64,000 nt of DNA from Dendrobates tinctorius (taxonomy: Eukaryota): contig NW_027361788.1 in NCBI RefSeq assembly GCF_039654945.1, positions 22,010,001 through 22,074,000 of the forward strand. The letters run 5' to 3'. Numbering within the stretch: position 1 is the stretch's first letter; the number at the start of each line of letters is the position of its first letter. Under the pieces are notes generated by a model. The model was not told the origin of the DNA and made no database searches. It worked only from the letters and a program-made list of their open reading frames with translations. The translations under genes were made by a program, and so were the position numbers. Positions 1 to 13,984 of this stretch are shown piece after piece.

Positions 1-1436
1 TCACAAAGGAGAAATATTACTTTAGAAAAGGTCACCAATAATTTTTTAGGGGGCATTCAAACTTTTTGAAAATATCACTCAGAGGGCTCTATTTTTTTTA
101 AGGGAGCACGTTAACGGCCGCAGTATTTTCCTTGCTCCGGGCGCTGGCAACCCAAGCTATACCATAGCATGTCCCCAATAATAGCAGATCAATGGGAGAT
201 AGAAAATCTAGATCTTCACCAGACAGTACCTATAAAAAAATTTGTGAAGGAAGAGCTGAGTACGGTAATTCCAATAGATGACATTCACCGGTGAGAACTT
301 GACTCCTCATGACAACTAGTCGAGTGGAACATTTGGTGGGTCTTATTTGTGTGTAGACAGCAAAGCCATGTCTATTTGCTGAGGTCTGGCACGGTCAAGC
401 AATATTTGACATTTTTTGAGTTGATGTTTTCAGCTCTGAGTGGGAATACAGAGCTATATTGCCAGTAATGGCTCAGCAAGTTGGTACAATTTTGGATAGT
501 TATTATGTCTCGTGAATCAAGCTGGAATTAAAGCTGAAATATTCATGTGGTTCTGGAAAGTATTTTATTGGGACTGGATCAGGTAGCACAGTATTGGATG
601 CAGGCGAGGTACACATCTGTCCGTGGTACTCTACTCTAGATATTTATATATTCCAAGCTTAGTGTATATTTTATGATAGGATTATCACGTCTTAACCAAA
701 TTTGTGAATTTTGGATGTGCATAAAAGTAAACTGATAGTCAAACCTCAGAGGGTTTTTAGCTTTAATGGATGTTCCAGAAAATGCATTAGAAAATATAGC
801 CTAAGCTTCAGAGTGTATGGATTAAAGGAGCCAAACCTAAATGTATGAGAACCACACATTTTATTTTCCCAGGTGCTGGATGCCAAAAAAAATCTTTTTT
901 TTTCAAGGAAGGTGACCTCTCTAAAAGTGCACTCTTATGAAAACATCATGGCTTTGAGCAAAATTGTAGGTGGAGTGTAAATGTCACTCAACACCTGAGT
1001 AGTAGAAGCAGTAATGGTGTCACTTGGAAAATACAGGAGAGCAAAAAGATTTGTTTTCCATGGTTGCCGAATCCAAGCCTCATTCATCATGCCAGAAATC
1101 TCAATGTCTCTTCTGATTAGTAGCCTTGAAGCCCCATCCAGGATGTGTCCTGCAATGATGATGTCATGCCTGCCTTACTAACCAGAATAGGCATTGGGGG
1201 TGCCAGAAATTTGGAAGAGGAGGTTTGCATGTCTCTGGTGCCACAGACTATGGACGTGGCCACTAGACCAAGGTCCTGTGAATCTTTTTAGCTCAAGTCT
1301 ACTGGACAAGTCTTCATGTCAAGGAGCTTGGAATTACCAGGAAGAAGTATAGACTTCTGAAGATGTTACATCCAACCATTTATAAGATTTGTTCGCTTCA
1401 TAGATTTAGTTTTGATTTACAAAAGTCGATTGTGGA

Positions 1437-1707
1437 ATAAAATAAAAAATAAAAATAAATCTTTATTTTTATATAGCGCTAACATATTCCGCAGCGCTTT
1501 ACAGTTTGCACACATCATCATCACTGTCCCCGCTGGGGCTCACAATCTAAATTCCCTATTAGTATGTCTTTAGAATGTGGGAGGAAACCCACGCAAACAC
1601 GGGGAGAACATACAAACTCCTTGCAGATGTTGTCCTTGGTGGGATTTGAACCCAGGACCCCAGCGCTGCAAGGCTGCAGTGCTAACCATTGAGCCACCGT
1701 GCCGCCC
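1437..1707 (-). mobile_element. tRNA-derived SINE, near full length
   Basis: Minus strand begins GGGCGGCACGGTGGCTCAATGGTTAGC (Pol III box A), contains GGTTCAAATCC (box B), and ends in a ...GTAAAGCGCTGCGGAATATGTTAGCGCTATATAAAAATAAAGATTTATT tail. Confidence 0.85.
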
Positions 1708-1709
1708 CT

Positions 1710-3012
1710 CAGTGACCTGAGCCAGCTGGCACGGGAAAGGAAAGGAGAAAGACGTTGAGCTTAAGCCTGAGCTTCCATAGGAGAGAAAGACAAGTACGGA
1801 ACGTAGGAGAAAAAGGGAACACAGAGGATGTGGGTTAGAGGAAGAACCCTGCCTAGAAGTTCTGAGCGCAAGGCTGGGGCCCGGTCCCCGAGGTTGTATG
1901 GACACTAATGGTTCTGCAGCAGACACCGGTGGAGTAGTGGGCTGTAAATGCACTACTCCCATCTAAGACTTGAGGGCACAACAGCAATACGGATAGAGAG
2001 CCGGGACTTAGGAGTAGAGAGTCCCCGAAGCAGGCTACAGCTGTCTGCCGTACAAGTAGAGTTCTTGGGAACATCTGTTAGGAGGAACTCCAGTGTAACT
2101 CAGTATTAGGAGATCTTCACACTAAGGGTACGTGCACACGCTGTGGATTCCGCTGCGGATTAATCCGCACGGATTTTGCAAAAACCGCAGATAATCCGCG
2201 GTTTTGCCTGCGGTTTGGTCCTGCGGATTCACTATCTCCACAATGGTGGTGATAGGAACCCGCAGCGGTTTCCGCAGAAAGAATTGACATGCAATTCTTT
2301 CTGCGGATTCAAAACCGCAGCAAATCCGCGCGGATTTTTCCGCAGCGTCGGCACAGCGTTTTTTTTATACCATTCATTTGAATGGTACTGTACACCGCAG
2401 CTAAAACTGCGGCGGGTCCGCAGTGGCCAAAACTGCTGCGGAAACGCAGCGGAATCTGTAGCGTGTGCACACAGCCTTAAAGGCGCTATAGAGGAGACGT
2501 TCAGAAAAGGCACATAAGTTGGCGGAGCGTGGAAGGGAGCATTCCATCTTGCCTGGAGGTTAACTGAGTCCCTGACCCGGAGGACACGGCACAGAAGTGG
2601 GCACTACAGACTGTGAGTAAAGCTTTGGAACTACATGCCCTGGTGTCCTCCATTCCTTCCTGCGTCCGTCCGCCTGGCACTGCTACATCCCCTGCGCCGG
2701 ACACTACACCATCTAAGTGTCTCCACATCTACACTGCCCTGGGACAATGGCCCTGCCTGTGGAGGGCTATAACATCATTGCTGCACCGCACCATCTGTCC
2801 CAGGGGATCTGTCTGCAACGTCGGCTTAACACCTCCCTTGCCGAACACCACAGGTGGCGGCACGAACTATTCATCTAACTACATTCCACCATTCAATTCC
2901 CTCTATTAATTGGTCACCCAGGGCCACGGTCCGGGTCACCGCTGCTGTGACATGTCCCCCTGATACCGCCCGGTACCGAGTAACCCCACGGTTGCCCTGG
3001 GAGGGCGACCCA
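1710..3012 (+). mobile_element. Degraded LTR-like remnant, interrupted by a MITE
   Basis: Non-coding, with an AGTAAA poly(A)-like signal at ~2617 and a GC-rich, self-complementary 3' end resembling Gypsy LTRs. No TSD or clean termini found. Confidence 0.3.
2126..2476. mobile_element. PIF/Harbinger-type MITE
   Basis: Terminal inverted repeats (TIRs) GGGTACGTGCACACGCT / AGCGTGTGCACACAGCC, many subterminal TGCGGA/TCCGCA motifs, flanked by TAA and TTA. Confidence 0.85.
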
Positions 3013-5970
3013 GAAGAAAACTTGAGAAAAACTATAGTTAGATCTGACCTGGGACCATAGGCAGAGATGAGACTAGTCTGATGATGTTCCTGGCCAACTT
3101 CTTCCTGCTCCACTCTGTGTGATTGACAGGTCTCTCCCATGTATGAAGTTAGTGAGACACCTGTCAACCACGTAGAGCGGCGCTGGGAACTGCCATCCAC
3201 ACTAGTCTCATCTCCGGATACGGTGCCTGGCCGGATCTTAAAACTATATATTCGTGCAGACAGACTCTCATTAATGTTCCCTGCAGTTTTGCGCAGCATG
3301 AATTGACTGACAGGTTCTCTTTAAGGGCCACTCAACTATTGATTTACTGATTACTCATACTTTTGGTGACTTTTGTCAAGGACATCACCACTGTGCCAAG
3401 TATTAACCCTGGCAGAACAAATAAACTCCCCTTCAGCTTGACATAGTAAACTGTAATGCTAAATAATTCCTTTTGAATTCCACTGCCAAAAATGTACTTT
3501 ATTTTGATTGTCTAATTTCTGAATTCATATGGAAGTCACCCGGGGGGGAGGCACATCGATGGTTCCACTTCCAACGATGAAAAACACCAGGGTGATACAT
3601 TTGTTTAATCCAGAACTTCCTGGTTGCCAACCTGAATTTATAAAACTTCTCAAATTACTTTCAAAACTACTTTCTGATTTAAAGTCCTCCCGCTGAGATC
3701 ACGAGTTTGTGGTATAATGCGCTAAGCATGTTCTCTGTAGCAGAGAGTGGTAATGTACTTAACCCCGTATGGGCCAGAACTTTCTGAGATATGGAAACCT
3801 CAGCTGGAGCTACATGTGGATATCTTGGTTAGGTGAAGGCTCAAATAATCCTTCAGGCCTGCAACATTGTCTTGTTTCTAGTCAACCCCACTACCTATTT
3901 TGATCATGGTTTGCCTCCAAAGACTTGAAAACCAAAATTCGATGGTATTTTACATGACCAAGTATCATGTATTATGTCAATGACCCTCCAATAACTGTGG
4001 ATAAAAAACAATTTTACTTAATTGCTAAAGCAAATTTTGTTCATATGGTGCGAGCCTATTTGCCAATGACAAGGCAACCTCTTTTTTTATGAACAAATTA
4101 CAATTGGATACCATGAATTCCTAGTTCATTTGAGACCCAGTCACAGAAAGTGAGGTGAGTGTTAGTATACAGTCCCATCTGAAAGACCTAACTTTGTCTG
4201 TGACAGACGGACTCACACACTTTGATCAAAAATGTTTGCAAAGTACCTCGTATTCTTACACATGCCGCAATGGCGTAATTCATGTATGTAATGTTTCTAG
4301 TTAGGAGATATGTCCGTATGGAAGAAGCAGTTAATGGCATAGGGTGGTGGCCCTTACATATTTTCAGTGCTGACCTTAGTTGGGTTGTTGCCAAGTGGTG
4401 ATAGACAAATTCTTGCACAAAATGAGCTTGTGCCCAAATTTGCCAGAATCCTTCAAATTTCTGTAGTACAACCCTTGATCATTTCCTACCCAAGACAGGG
4501 ATTGTGGATGCAAGAATCAGTGCAAGAGGCATTGCCTGCAGTAGGGTGCCCTTGGCTAATGTACTGGTTGTCCATCCCTAGAGACTGGCATTGACTGGTT
4601 GTACTGGTATTTAAGGTGTAACTTCAAGTTTTGGACCCAACTCAAAATCTGTAAACAGCTATTTATATTACTGTTGTTCTTCTGAGGCCAATTGCCCCTG
4701 TACAAACCAAGGCAGAAGCTTTCACTACTGTTGTGCCCAGTTGCACAGGACAAGGACATTGGGTTCCTCCAATAAAGACTGGTCTAAGGCTTCTAATGGG
4801 ATAATTTGGGAAGATTTTGGTGGGAGACTCATGTGTATAAGATATCAGGTCCAAATTTTCTAATTTATTGCCACCCAGACCTTTGCCCCAGTACCAGTAT
4901 AAAGGCAGGAGAGAGGCATACAAAGGAGGGGAAGAAAAGTACATAAACTATAGCAGAGAAAAATGAGTTCTTAATCGAAAACAGACTTGCAGACTTTGCA
5001 ATATGAGTCTGAAGGCAAACAAAATGTAAGATGGTTTTTATTATTGAGCATTCCCAGGTTAACAAAAACAGGAAAAGAGGAAGGGAAATAAAAAGCTGGC
5101 ATGGCTCTGGCGAGTCAAAAAAAAAAATCTAAATTATTATTAGGCGGTTTACACTTGGATTTTTCTGTAAAGATCTTTTTTTCAAGTTGGAGGAAGATGA
5201 TTGATTTAGTAATATATATATATATATATATTACTTAACATATATATGTTAAGAAAATGTGAAAAAGTGTGAAATGAAAAGTATGAAGAACATACCTTTG
5301 ATGCATCCCAGGAGGGACTGAGATGAGATAATGTCCTATCCATGGGGCCCAGTGCCTGACTTATTACATAGGATACTGAACACGGAGGGGATCCTGCTCT
5401 GATACTAATCTAAGGTACCATAAGTCATTAGGCAGTAAATGGACACCAAACCAGTGAGCACTCAAGTACATGAATAGAGGAGAAACCCATGTACTTAGAC
5501 TTACCAAACTCCATGAATATGTCAGGAAAAAGGGTAGATCTCCCTGATTTCTGGGAAAGAGATGGCAAATTTCTTGGTTGCTATGAAAGCCTCCAGGAAT
5601 CTTTTGGTCAGAAGTTCCTCTATAACCATTCTGTGGCGTCCAGAGAAACATTCAGGTGACGGGAATGGGATGAGGATAGGAAGTAACCAGTCAGAAAAGG
5701 GTTTAGTTATGCAAGTGAAAACTTGGCGAGCAGAAAGTACCCCATATCTAGGAAGTTTTAAAAAGTTAAGTAGGCCACTCCTTTCCCCTATATAATCTGG
5801 GCTTTATTACTAATACTCAACAGAGTTCGCTTAGGCTAACAGAGGGAGAGAAATTGATGAGGAGTGCTGGAGGAGTTATAAGCGACTGTTGTTGGTTTGC
5901 ATGCTTGATAATTCCTTATCCTTCCCTGTTTTGCTTTCTTCCACATTCTACACCCCCCGGTGGATTCCTC

Positions 5971-7190
5971 TGTTATGTGTGTATGGAATTTTCAGTAACT
6001 CCTCGTCTTTGTTGCCCTATTTGTTGGGTTGGTGAAGCGATGGCTGGGAGACCACCACAATGCAGGGAGACTAGAGTATGCAAGATGAGGTGCAAACAAC
6101 AAAGGGTTAATTTATTTACAGGCAAGGAATGCAGTGTTAGGAAATAGTAAACAGGGGTATGCAATGACATAAAACAATTTACAAAAGTGATATTCACTAG
6201 CTGGGCCATACAAATGGCACGGTGCACCAACTATACAGATCAGTGCATTTCTCCAAAAGCTAAACAATGCAATAAAGTACAGTATGCTGCTGCTCTAACT
6301 CTAGCCTGACTGGCCGCTTCTACACCAGCCGCACATCTACCGTGCTCTGTCTATTGCACCCTATCCTAAGCCCTAAACATGTGCGCACACGGGGTTAACA
6401 CTCACAGTACAGTTGGTGTTGAAGTTCCTTTCTTCGGGCCCCCTGCAGTTCTCTGCAAGATGATGCACGTCCTCCTTGGAAGCTCTGTGCAATGTGGTCT
6501 TGTCCTTGTGTGAAGATCCCAAGCCTGTTCCTTCCTTGTATATCTTGGTGGCTCCTTGCAGTAACACAGGAAAAGCCATCTTTGTTATCCCCAGAAGGGT
6601 ACACAATCCCACTGGTTCAGTCAGTTCTAAGATGCACGTTTTTCTCCTCACAGAATCCAGCACGCCAGCTTCCTTCAGAATCCGAGCTCAGAACACTCAC
6701 TGGAAACACAGGCCCCCCCTCTCCTAGCAGGCAGATCGAACTAAAAGCAGTCTTATTGCAGGGGAGATCCGAATGTCTAATTGCTCTAGCCAAGGGGGTT
6801 CTGTCTCTTAAAGTGGCAGTTTGTCTCTACTGTCCAAAGAAATGCCACCCCCTTACATTGGTGTACTGCAGTGCACAGTAGCGCCCCCTCTTCCCTGGGT
6901 GGGGGAAGAGAACAGATGGAGGGCTAACTCAGGAGATAAGGCAAGGGTGGAGGCCCTGGCATCTTCACCTTCAGAAGTATCCCAGGGAACAGGGCGATCT
7001 AGGGTGCCCCATAGTGTTAGGGCCAGGAAAGGAGCCCCTGGTCCCGGGTCACCCGACAGTTGTGTCATGACAGAATGGAGCTGGACACTGAGCATGATCA
7101 TCTCTACTCCATTCAAGATGGAGCTCTATAGATCCCCACTCTTGTGGTTCCAAAGTCCAGTTTTCTGGAGGTCACTGTTGTCCAATATAT
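5971..7190 (-). mobile_element. Gypsy-like 3' LTR (5971-6877) with polypurine tract and internal remnant
   Basis: TGT...ACA termini. Minus strand AGGGAAGAGGGGGCGCTAC|TG matches the PPT-TAC|TG junction of the chromoviruses in this window. AATAAA on the minus strand near 6110. No TSD found. Confidence 0.45.
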
Positions 7191-8975
7191 AAATTGCAAT
7201 TTTATGAAAACCCCTCTTTAAAAATAAAATTGTTTACAAGAGTTTTTCCAGGACTACCTTAGGACAAGCCATCATTATCGGATTGGTGATAGTCTGTTTC
7301 CCCTATGTTGTTCGCAAGGGACAGTGCCATGTGTAGTACTTTATCTCATCTCTGCAGCTCAAAGCTGAGCTACAATACCAGTGGCCCCTTCAGTCTGCTG
7401 ATGAGTGGTGGTACCAAAAGTTTTACATTCACCACTGGAGTACTAATAGTTTATTCTAAGGACAGGCCATAAACCGTAAATATTGGAGAACCAAAAAACT
7501 CCTTGGAGGATCAGTTTGCGTTAGAGGCTCTTTTCGGAATCAGAGGTTCTGTTGCAAATTGATCCTGCAGTCATGTAATACTTCTCTACCATTATGCTTT
7601 AATTTTATGAACCTACAGACAGTACAGGAAGTGGTAGAGGGAAAGGAGAAACACGTGAAGATTTGTAGCATTTAACATTGCTTTGCCTGTGAGTTGTATA
7701 CACAAAACGATGAACCGGAATGACACAAAAATAACTGGAAAGCTTACATAATCCCAATGAATTAACAGGGTCATTGTCCCACCAGAATTTCAGTGCAATA
7801 CTTTTGGGTCATATTGGGTCCTCTCACGTAAATGACATGTTCAGATATGACCCTCAAGACCAACTATTAAAAAAGTACTGCATACAAGGAACCTGTTTCT
7901 GAGGATATTGTTCAAAACTGGGATGCCCAAGGGATGGATGGCTGGAATGTGCTGAAGGGTGGGGGGATGCAGTCAATTATAACCCATCACTCCGAGTACT
8001 CTGAGTCATTTCCTGCTGCTTAGTCTAGCAAGGATGGCATTCGTATGGATTTATACTACAGCTGAGATACTGTTATAAAAATGGAAAAGGACGCAGAGAC
8101 TAGAAAGGAGAGAAGCGCAAAGAGGATCTGCTGGATAGAAAAAAAAAAAAAAGAGGGGCACTGGCTTCATGATGCAGGTGTAAGAATATGGACATGCCGC
8201 CCACATTTCCCCCTTGAAGAAACAAGTTTCAATGTTGTGTGATGTGATATGTAATGTGAGTTGTGATGTGTGTTAGATATGTCAGTAGTGTTGTTAATAT
8301 GTGTAGGCTGACTGTAGGAACCGCCCTAAACAGGACAGAGTACATGGGACTAGTAGAGTGTCTCATTCGGGAGTTCCAGGGTGCCAGCAGAAGAAGGAGG
8401 ATGCAGAACCTCAGAACAAGTAAAGGACTCTTGGTAATCTGGACAGTAGTGTTAAGCCAGGGTTGTGGTGAAGTAGGGAGAAACAGAGATATAGAAAGCC
8501 CTGGGGTAAAATACTGAGGAAAGAAACTGTGAGGAAAATGCTTTGAGTTGTAAAGGAAACATTCATACAGCTTTCTACTCACTATCCCCTGTATATAACC
8601 CTTAGGCCGGAGTCACAGTGGCGACAAAAACGGACGAGTGCATTGCAATAAAAAATTGCCCATCATCCGATTTTTTGTCTGCTCCTTTCCTCGGTCCGAG
8701 GCATGCTGCGATTGTCACCGATTATCAGATCGGACTCGCCAATGCAAGTCTATGGGGCTGAGAACAAAAAAATCAGAATACAAATGGACCACAAGTGTGA
8801 CTTGCGAGAAAATCGCTCCCGGTGACCTTTAACAAAAGCCGGCAAATCATTTTGTGATACAATAAAATCGCACTGACAGGTTTAATAAAGAAACAAAAGA
8901 ATAGATGTAGACACATGGAATACACACACATATATATATATATATATATACTGTGTATATATATATATATATATA

Positions 8976-10193
8976 CACTCACTGGCCACTTTATTAGGTA
9001 CACCTGTCCAACTGTGTGTTAAGACTTAATTTCTAATCAGCCAATCACATGGCGGCAACTCAGTGCATTTAGGCATGTAGACATGGTCAAGACAATCTCC
9101 TGCAGTTCAAACCGAGCATCAGTATGGGGAAGAAAGGTGATTTGAGTGCCTTTGAACGTGGCATGATTGTTGGTGCCAGAAGGGCTGGTCTGAGTATTTC
9201 AGAAACTGCTGATCTACTGGGATTTTCACGCACAACCATCTCTAGGGTTTACAGAGAATGGTCCGAAAAAGAAAAAAAATCCAGTGAGTGGCAGTTCTGT
9301 GGCCGGAAATGCCTTGTTGATGCCAGAGGTCAGAGGAGAATGGGCAGACTGGTTCGAGCTGATAGAAAGGCAACAGTGACTCAAATTGCCACCCGTTACA
9401 ACCAAGGTAGGCAGAAGAGCATCTCTGAACGCACAGTGCGTCGAACTTTGAGGCAGATGGGCTACAGCAGCAGAAGACCACACCGGGTACCACTCCTCTC
9501 AGCTAACAACAGGAAACTGAGGCTACAATTTGCACAAGCTCATCGAAATTGGACAGTAGAAGATTGGAAAAACGTTGCCTGGTCTGATGAGTCTCGATTT
9601 CTGCTGCGACATTCGGATGGTAGGGTCAGAATTTGGCGTAAACAACATGAAAGCATGGATCCATCCTGCCTTGTATCAACGGTTCAGGCTGGTGGTGGTG
9701 GTGTCATGGTGTGGGGAATTTTTTCTTGGCACTCTTTGGGCCCCTTGGTACCAATTGAGCATCGTTGCAACGCCACAGCCTACCTGAGTATTGTTGCTGA
9801 CCATGTCCATCCCTTTATGACCACAATGTACCCAACATCTGATGGCTACTTTCAGCAGGATAATGCGCCATGTCATAAAGCTCGAATCATCTCAGATTGG
9901 TTTCTTGAACATGACAATGAGTTCACTGTACTCAAATGGCCTCCTCAGTCACCAGATCTCAATCCAATAGAGCATCTTTGGGATGTGGTGGAACGGGAGA
10001 TTCGCATCAGGGATGTGCAGCCGACAAATCTGCGCCAACTGTGTGATGCCATCATGTCAATATGGTCCAAAATCTCTGAGGAATGCTTCCAGCACCTTGT
10101 TGAATCTCTGCCACGAAGAATTGAGGCAGTTCTGAAGGCAAAAGGGGGTCCAACCCCTTACTAGCATGGTGTACCTAATAAAGTGGCCAGTGA

Positions 10194-10196
<3 letters not shown>
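8976..10196 (+). mobile_element. Tc1-like DD36E (Incomer-type) DNA transposon, full length, 1221 bp
   Basis: Perfect 29-bp TIRs CACTCACTGGCCACTTTATTAGGTACACC, TA flanks, single ORF. Confidence 0.95.
9124..10164 (+). CDS. Tc1-family transposase, DD36E triad, 346 aa, intact
   Basis: Paired-like helix-turn-helix N-terminus; [14 protein letters not shown] and SPDLNPIE motifs; 36 residues counted between the second D and E. Confidence 0.95.
   Translation: MGKKGDLSAFERGMIVGARRAGLSISETADLLGFSRTTISRVYREWSEKEKKSSEWQFCGRKCLVDARGQRRMGRLVRADRKATVTQIATRYNQGRQKSISERTVRRTLRQMGYSSRRPHRVPLLSANNRKLRLQFAQAHRNWTVEDWKNVAWSDESRFLLRHSDGRVRIWRKQHESMDPSCLVSTVQAGGGGVMVWGIFSWHSLGPLVPIEHRCNATAYLSIVADHVHPFMTTMYPTSDGYFQQDNAPCHKARIISDWFLEHDNEFTVLKWPPQSPDLNPIEHLWDVVEREIRIRDVQPTNLRQLCDAIMSIWSKISEECFQHLVESLPRRIEAVLKAKGGPTPY

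Positions 10197-10234
<38 letters not shown>
10197..10234. repeat. (TA)n microsatellite serving as insertion platform
   Basis: Pure TA run between the Tc1 right TIR and the Gypsy LTR; related TA tracts at 8930-8975 and from 19757. Confidence 0.95.
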
Positions 10235-10237
<3 letters not shown>

Positions 10238-10687
10238 GGGATTCGCTCTGGTAGGCAATAGCCGGGCGGCAGTAACGAGGCAACACACAGGCATAAAGTC
10301 CAATTCCAGTGGTTTTAATGTCACTCAGTAACCAGCAGCTTAACAAAACATAAGGAAAGGCAAACTCATACTCCAGCTTGGAGAACCACTGGTCCCAGAC
10401 TCACCCCTTGCACGGGACGGGCATAACCAAGCGGCTGCCAGGTCCTGCGGCATCCGCCAGGTGCCATTCCCGGGGTTCTTCCGAGTCTTGCTGCTATAGT
10501 CCTGCAGCACGGAAATCCTGTATACAAGTTTCAGGCTGAGTCCACACACGTTCCTGTAGCTTCCAGAAACACACTCTCCTTGTGGCAATTACCAACCTCC
10601 ATTACATAGGGCCTAACCCCTGCCACCAGTGAGGTAGACACCACATGGGCTGATCACGTGACCCTGACATCATCGCAGGTCCCGTCT

Positions 10688-11916
10688 TTAGGGAAAAACC
10701 CGGCCAAACATTAATCTGCTGGGAGAAACATATCTTCCATCCAGTAAAACACCCTTTACTGTACCACATACCTCCCCCCTATGTTCAACCCCAAGGGGGT
10801 GGACACATGACATACAGTGAACTCTGGACAGGGCATCTGCATTCCCCTGTAGTCTGTCTGCACGATGTTCCACTGAAAATTTAAAATTTTGCAGGGACAG
10901 GTACCACCTGGTGACTCGGGTATTCCTCTCCTTAGCTTGACTCATCCACATAAGAGGGGAATGATCTGTCACCAAACGAAATGTTCTCCCCAGCAAATAG
11001 TAGCGCAATGACTCCAGTGCCCACTTGATGGCCAGGCACTCTCTCTCCACAATACTGTATCGGGTTTCAGCTGGGGTAAGCTTCCAGCTTAGGAAGCTAA
11101 CGGGATGCTCTTCCCCGTTAACTTCCTGAGACAGCACGGCACCGAGGCCTATCTCCGAGGCATCAGTCTGCACCACAAATTCTTTTTTGAAATTTGGAGT
11201 GATCAGGACTGGTGTACCACACAGTACCCCTTTTAATTTTGTAAAGGCCTCTTCTAACTGATCATTCCAGTCGACCATCACAGATTTTTTCCCTTTTAAA
11301 CAATCTGTTAAAGGCACGGACAGGGTTGCAAAGTTGGGAATGAACCGCCTGTAATATCCCACTAAACCCAAAAAAGCTTTTACCTGTTTTGTTGTGAGGG
11401 GGCGGGGCCAGTCCTGAATTGCCTCTACTTTGCTTACTTGGGGCTTGAGAACTCCTCTCCCAATGACAGACCCCAAGTACCGGGCTTCTTCCAACCCTAT
11501 GGAACACTTCTTTGGGTTGGCAGTTAGCCCTGCTTGTCGCAGAGAGTCTATCACTGCCTGTACTTTTGCTAAGTGGCTTTCCCAGTTGGTGCTGTACACA
11601 ATGATATCGTCTAGATAGGCTGAGGCATAGCGGCGATGGGGACGGAGCATAATATCCATTAACCGCTGGAACGTTGCTGGTGCGCCATGCAACCCAAAGG
11701 GTAATACCTTATACTGGAACAGCCCCTCAGGTGTTACAAAAGCATTTTTTTCCTTCGCTGCCTCTGTTAGGGGTACCTGCCAATAACCTTTTGTGAGGTC
11801 TAGAGTTGTAAAATACCGTGCTTGCCCAAAGCGCTCTATCAACTCGTCAACCCGGGGCATGGGGTAGGCGTCAAATTTTGAAATGTCATTGAGTTTTCTA
11901 AAATTATTACAGAATC
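10688..11916 (-). pseudogene. Gmr1 pol: reverse transcriptase and RNase H
   Basis: LDLTKGYWQ, LPFGLHGAPATFQR, YLDD, TDAS, ECLAI and TDH motifs; separated from the upstream integrase part by a stop. Confidence 0.92.
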
Positions 11917-13352
11917 TTAGAGACCATCAGGCTTGGGTATTAGGACTATTGGGCTGGCCCACTCACTTTGAGACTCTTCTATGACCCCTAACTGCAACAC
12001 AGCTTTCACCTCTTCCGAGATGGCTTGTCGCCGGGCCTCAGGCACCTGATAAGGCTTTAGTCGGACCTTGGCCTGTGGCTCTGTGACAATGCCATGTTGG
12101 ATTAGGGAGGTGCGTCCAGGGAGTTCCGAAAAAACATCTGTATTTCGGCTAATGAACTCCCGGACCTCCTGAACCTGTCTAGGAGACAAAGTATCTGCAA
12201 TTTTGACCGCGGGTTGGGCTTCTCCTGCCTCGCCCCGAGGTAACGGAGCCTTTTCCATCTGAAACGCTGGCAGCGGTCTATCCCCACCAAGGTGTTCTCT
12301 ATCTTTCCAGTGTTTAGGCAAATTAATATGGTAAACCTGTTCTGGCTTTCTCCGTCCTGGCTTGTGTACCTTGTAGTCTACTGGCCCCACCTTCTCCATG
12401 ATCTTGTAGGGTCCCTGCCACCTTGCGAGAAATTTGCTATCTACGGTAGGCACAAGCACCAACACCTGATCCCCAGGGCTAAAGGTTCTTACCCGAGCCT
12501 CCTGGTTATAGACCCGACTCTGTGACCGTTGTGCTGCCTCCATATGTTCCCGGACCAGAGGTATGACTGTCTCCATTCTCTCTTGCATTTTTGCAACATG
12601 CTCTATCACACTTTTGTGGGGGGTAGGTTGGTTCTCCCTGGCCTCTTTGGCTATATCGAGTAAGCCCCGTGGATGTCTGCCATACAATAGTTCAAAGGGC
12701 GAGAACCCTGTAGATGCCTGAGGCACCTCCCATACTGCAAACAACAAATATGGCAATAAGAGATCCCAGTCCTTCCCATCTTTGGAAAGTGCCTTTTTTA
12801 ACATGCTCTTCAGCGTCTTATTGAACCTTTCTACCAGACCATCTGTTTGGGGATGATAGACCGATGTGCGCAACTGTTTAACATTTAACAACCGGCAGAG
12901 TTCCTTCATAATTTTTGACATAAAGGGGGTTCCCTGGTCTGTTAAAATCTCTTGCGGAATTCACTCCCGTGAAAACATACCCATGAGTTCCTTTGCTATT
13001 AGCTAAGGCTACTTTCACACATCAGGTTTTCGGCGTCAGGCGCGATCCGGCGTCGTGCCGGAATGCCGGATCCGGCAAATGTTTTGTAAAACCTGATGTG
13101 CCGGATACGGTTTTCTGCCGGATCCGTCTTGTTCTTGACAGACAAAACCGGATCCGTCTCATCCGGTTCATCCGTTTTTCTATCCGTTTTTCGACGGATT
13201 ACGCCGGATCTGGTTTTTAAAATTGACCCTTGTGGCCTTCCGAACGGGATTGGCTACTGGAAAACTATATATAGCATGTTCCTACAGCCCTTCTTTGACA
13301 GGTTGTAGAGGAGAAAGTGCAGGTTGGAGAGAAGAGCAAGTTACTGGCGAAG

Positions 13353-13478
13353 ATGGATGTTGTCATTGGAAATATTACCACTAGAAGTTCTGTGACGGTT
13401 TCAGTAATGAGGGACAATTTTGCACTATACTTTATGTCACCTCAAGGCAGAGTACACTGGCAGGATGACAGAGTGTGA
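13353..13478 (+). pseudogene. Harbinger transposase remnant (41-aa mini-ORF)
   Basis: MDVVIGNITTRSSVTVSVMRDNFALYFMSPQGRVHWQDDRV*. The RDxFAxYFxSPxGxVxWQ ending resembles the C-terminus of vertebrate Harbinger transposases. TATA-like CTATATATAG at ~13265. Confidence 0.7.
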
Positions 13479-13571
13479 AAGATTTGTGCCCTAACCAAAC
13501 TTGTGTACCTTCTGGACCAACAGTATATACCTTTGCCAACCAAAGTTGGCTATCTTGTCATGGTCTTACTA

Positions 13572-13745
13572 TTTTTAGCTTTAGGCCACAGGTGTGTTCC
13601 TTGGTTGTGTTTTATGCAAAGTATTTCACCTTTTAACAAAAGTTGTGTACATTGTTAGGAAATCACCAACAATAAACACAACTTTTCAGGTGAAATACTT
13701 TGCTTCAAACACAACCAGGAACACAACTGTGGCAAAAAGCTAAAA
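13572..13745. repeat. ~175-bp imperfect inverted repeat between the convergent Harbinger genes
   Basis: TTTTAGCTT...CCACAG.TGTGTTCC...GCAAAGTATTTCACCT pairs with AGGTGAAATACTTTGC...GGAACACA.CTGTGG...AAGCTAAAA. Confidence 0.85.
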
Positions 13746-13984
13746 TTTACCCACAGTTATATACCTGGTTTTGAATACCTTTTTACCTTTTAAATACCCT
13801 GTATTTAACCTTTTTTTTAAACATATTTCGCCGCAGAAAGAAATGACAGACAACCAGTGTAAACAATAATTTAACTTTTATTTAAAATATTGTTTTTTGT
13901 GTAAACTGTTTTTAAAGTTAAAAAAACTTTTTTAATAAAGGTTTGAAACCAACCAAATGGGCATTTTTATTACAAAAAAAACCA

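Noticed and set aside
1620-1707. tRNA gene
   Set aside because: A and B boxes continue into a SINE body and tail, so this is a SINE head.
3180-5800. Possible ancient L1-like ORF2 remnant on the minus strand
   Set aside because: Only vague peptide resemblance; no RT or endonuclease motif could be confirmed by eye.
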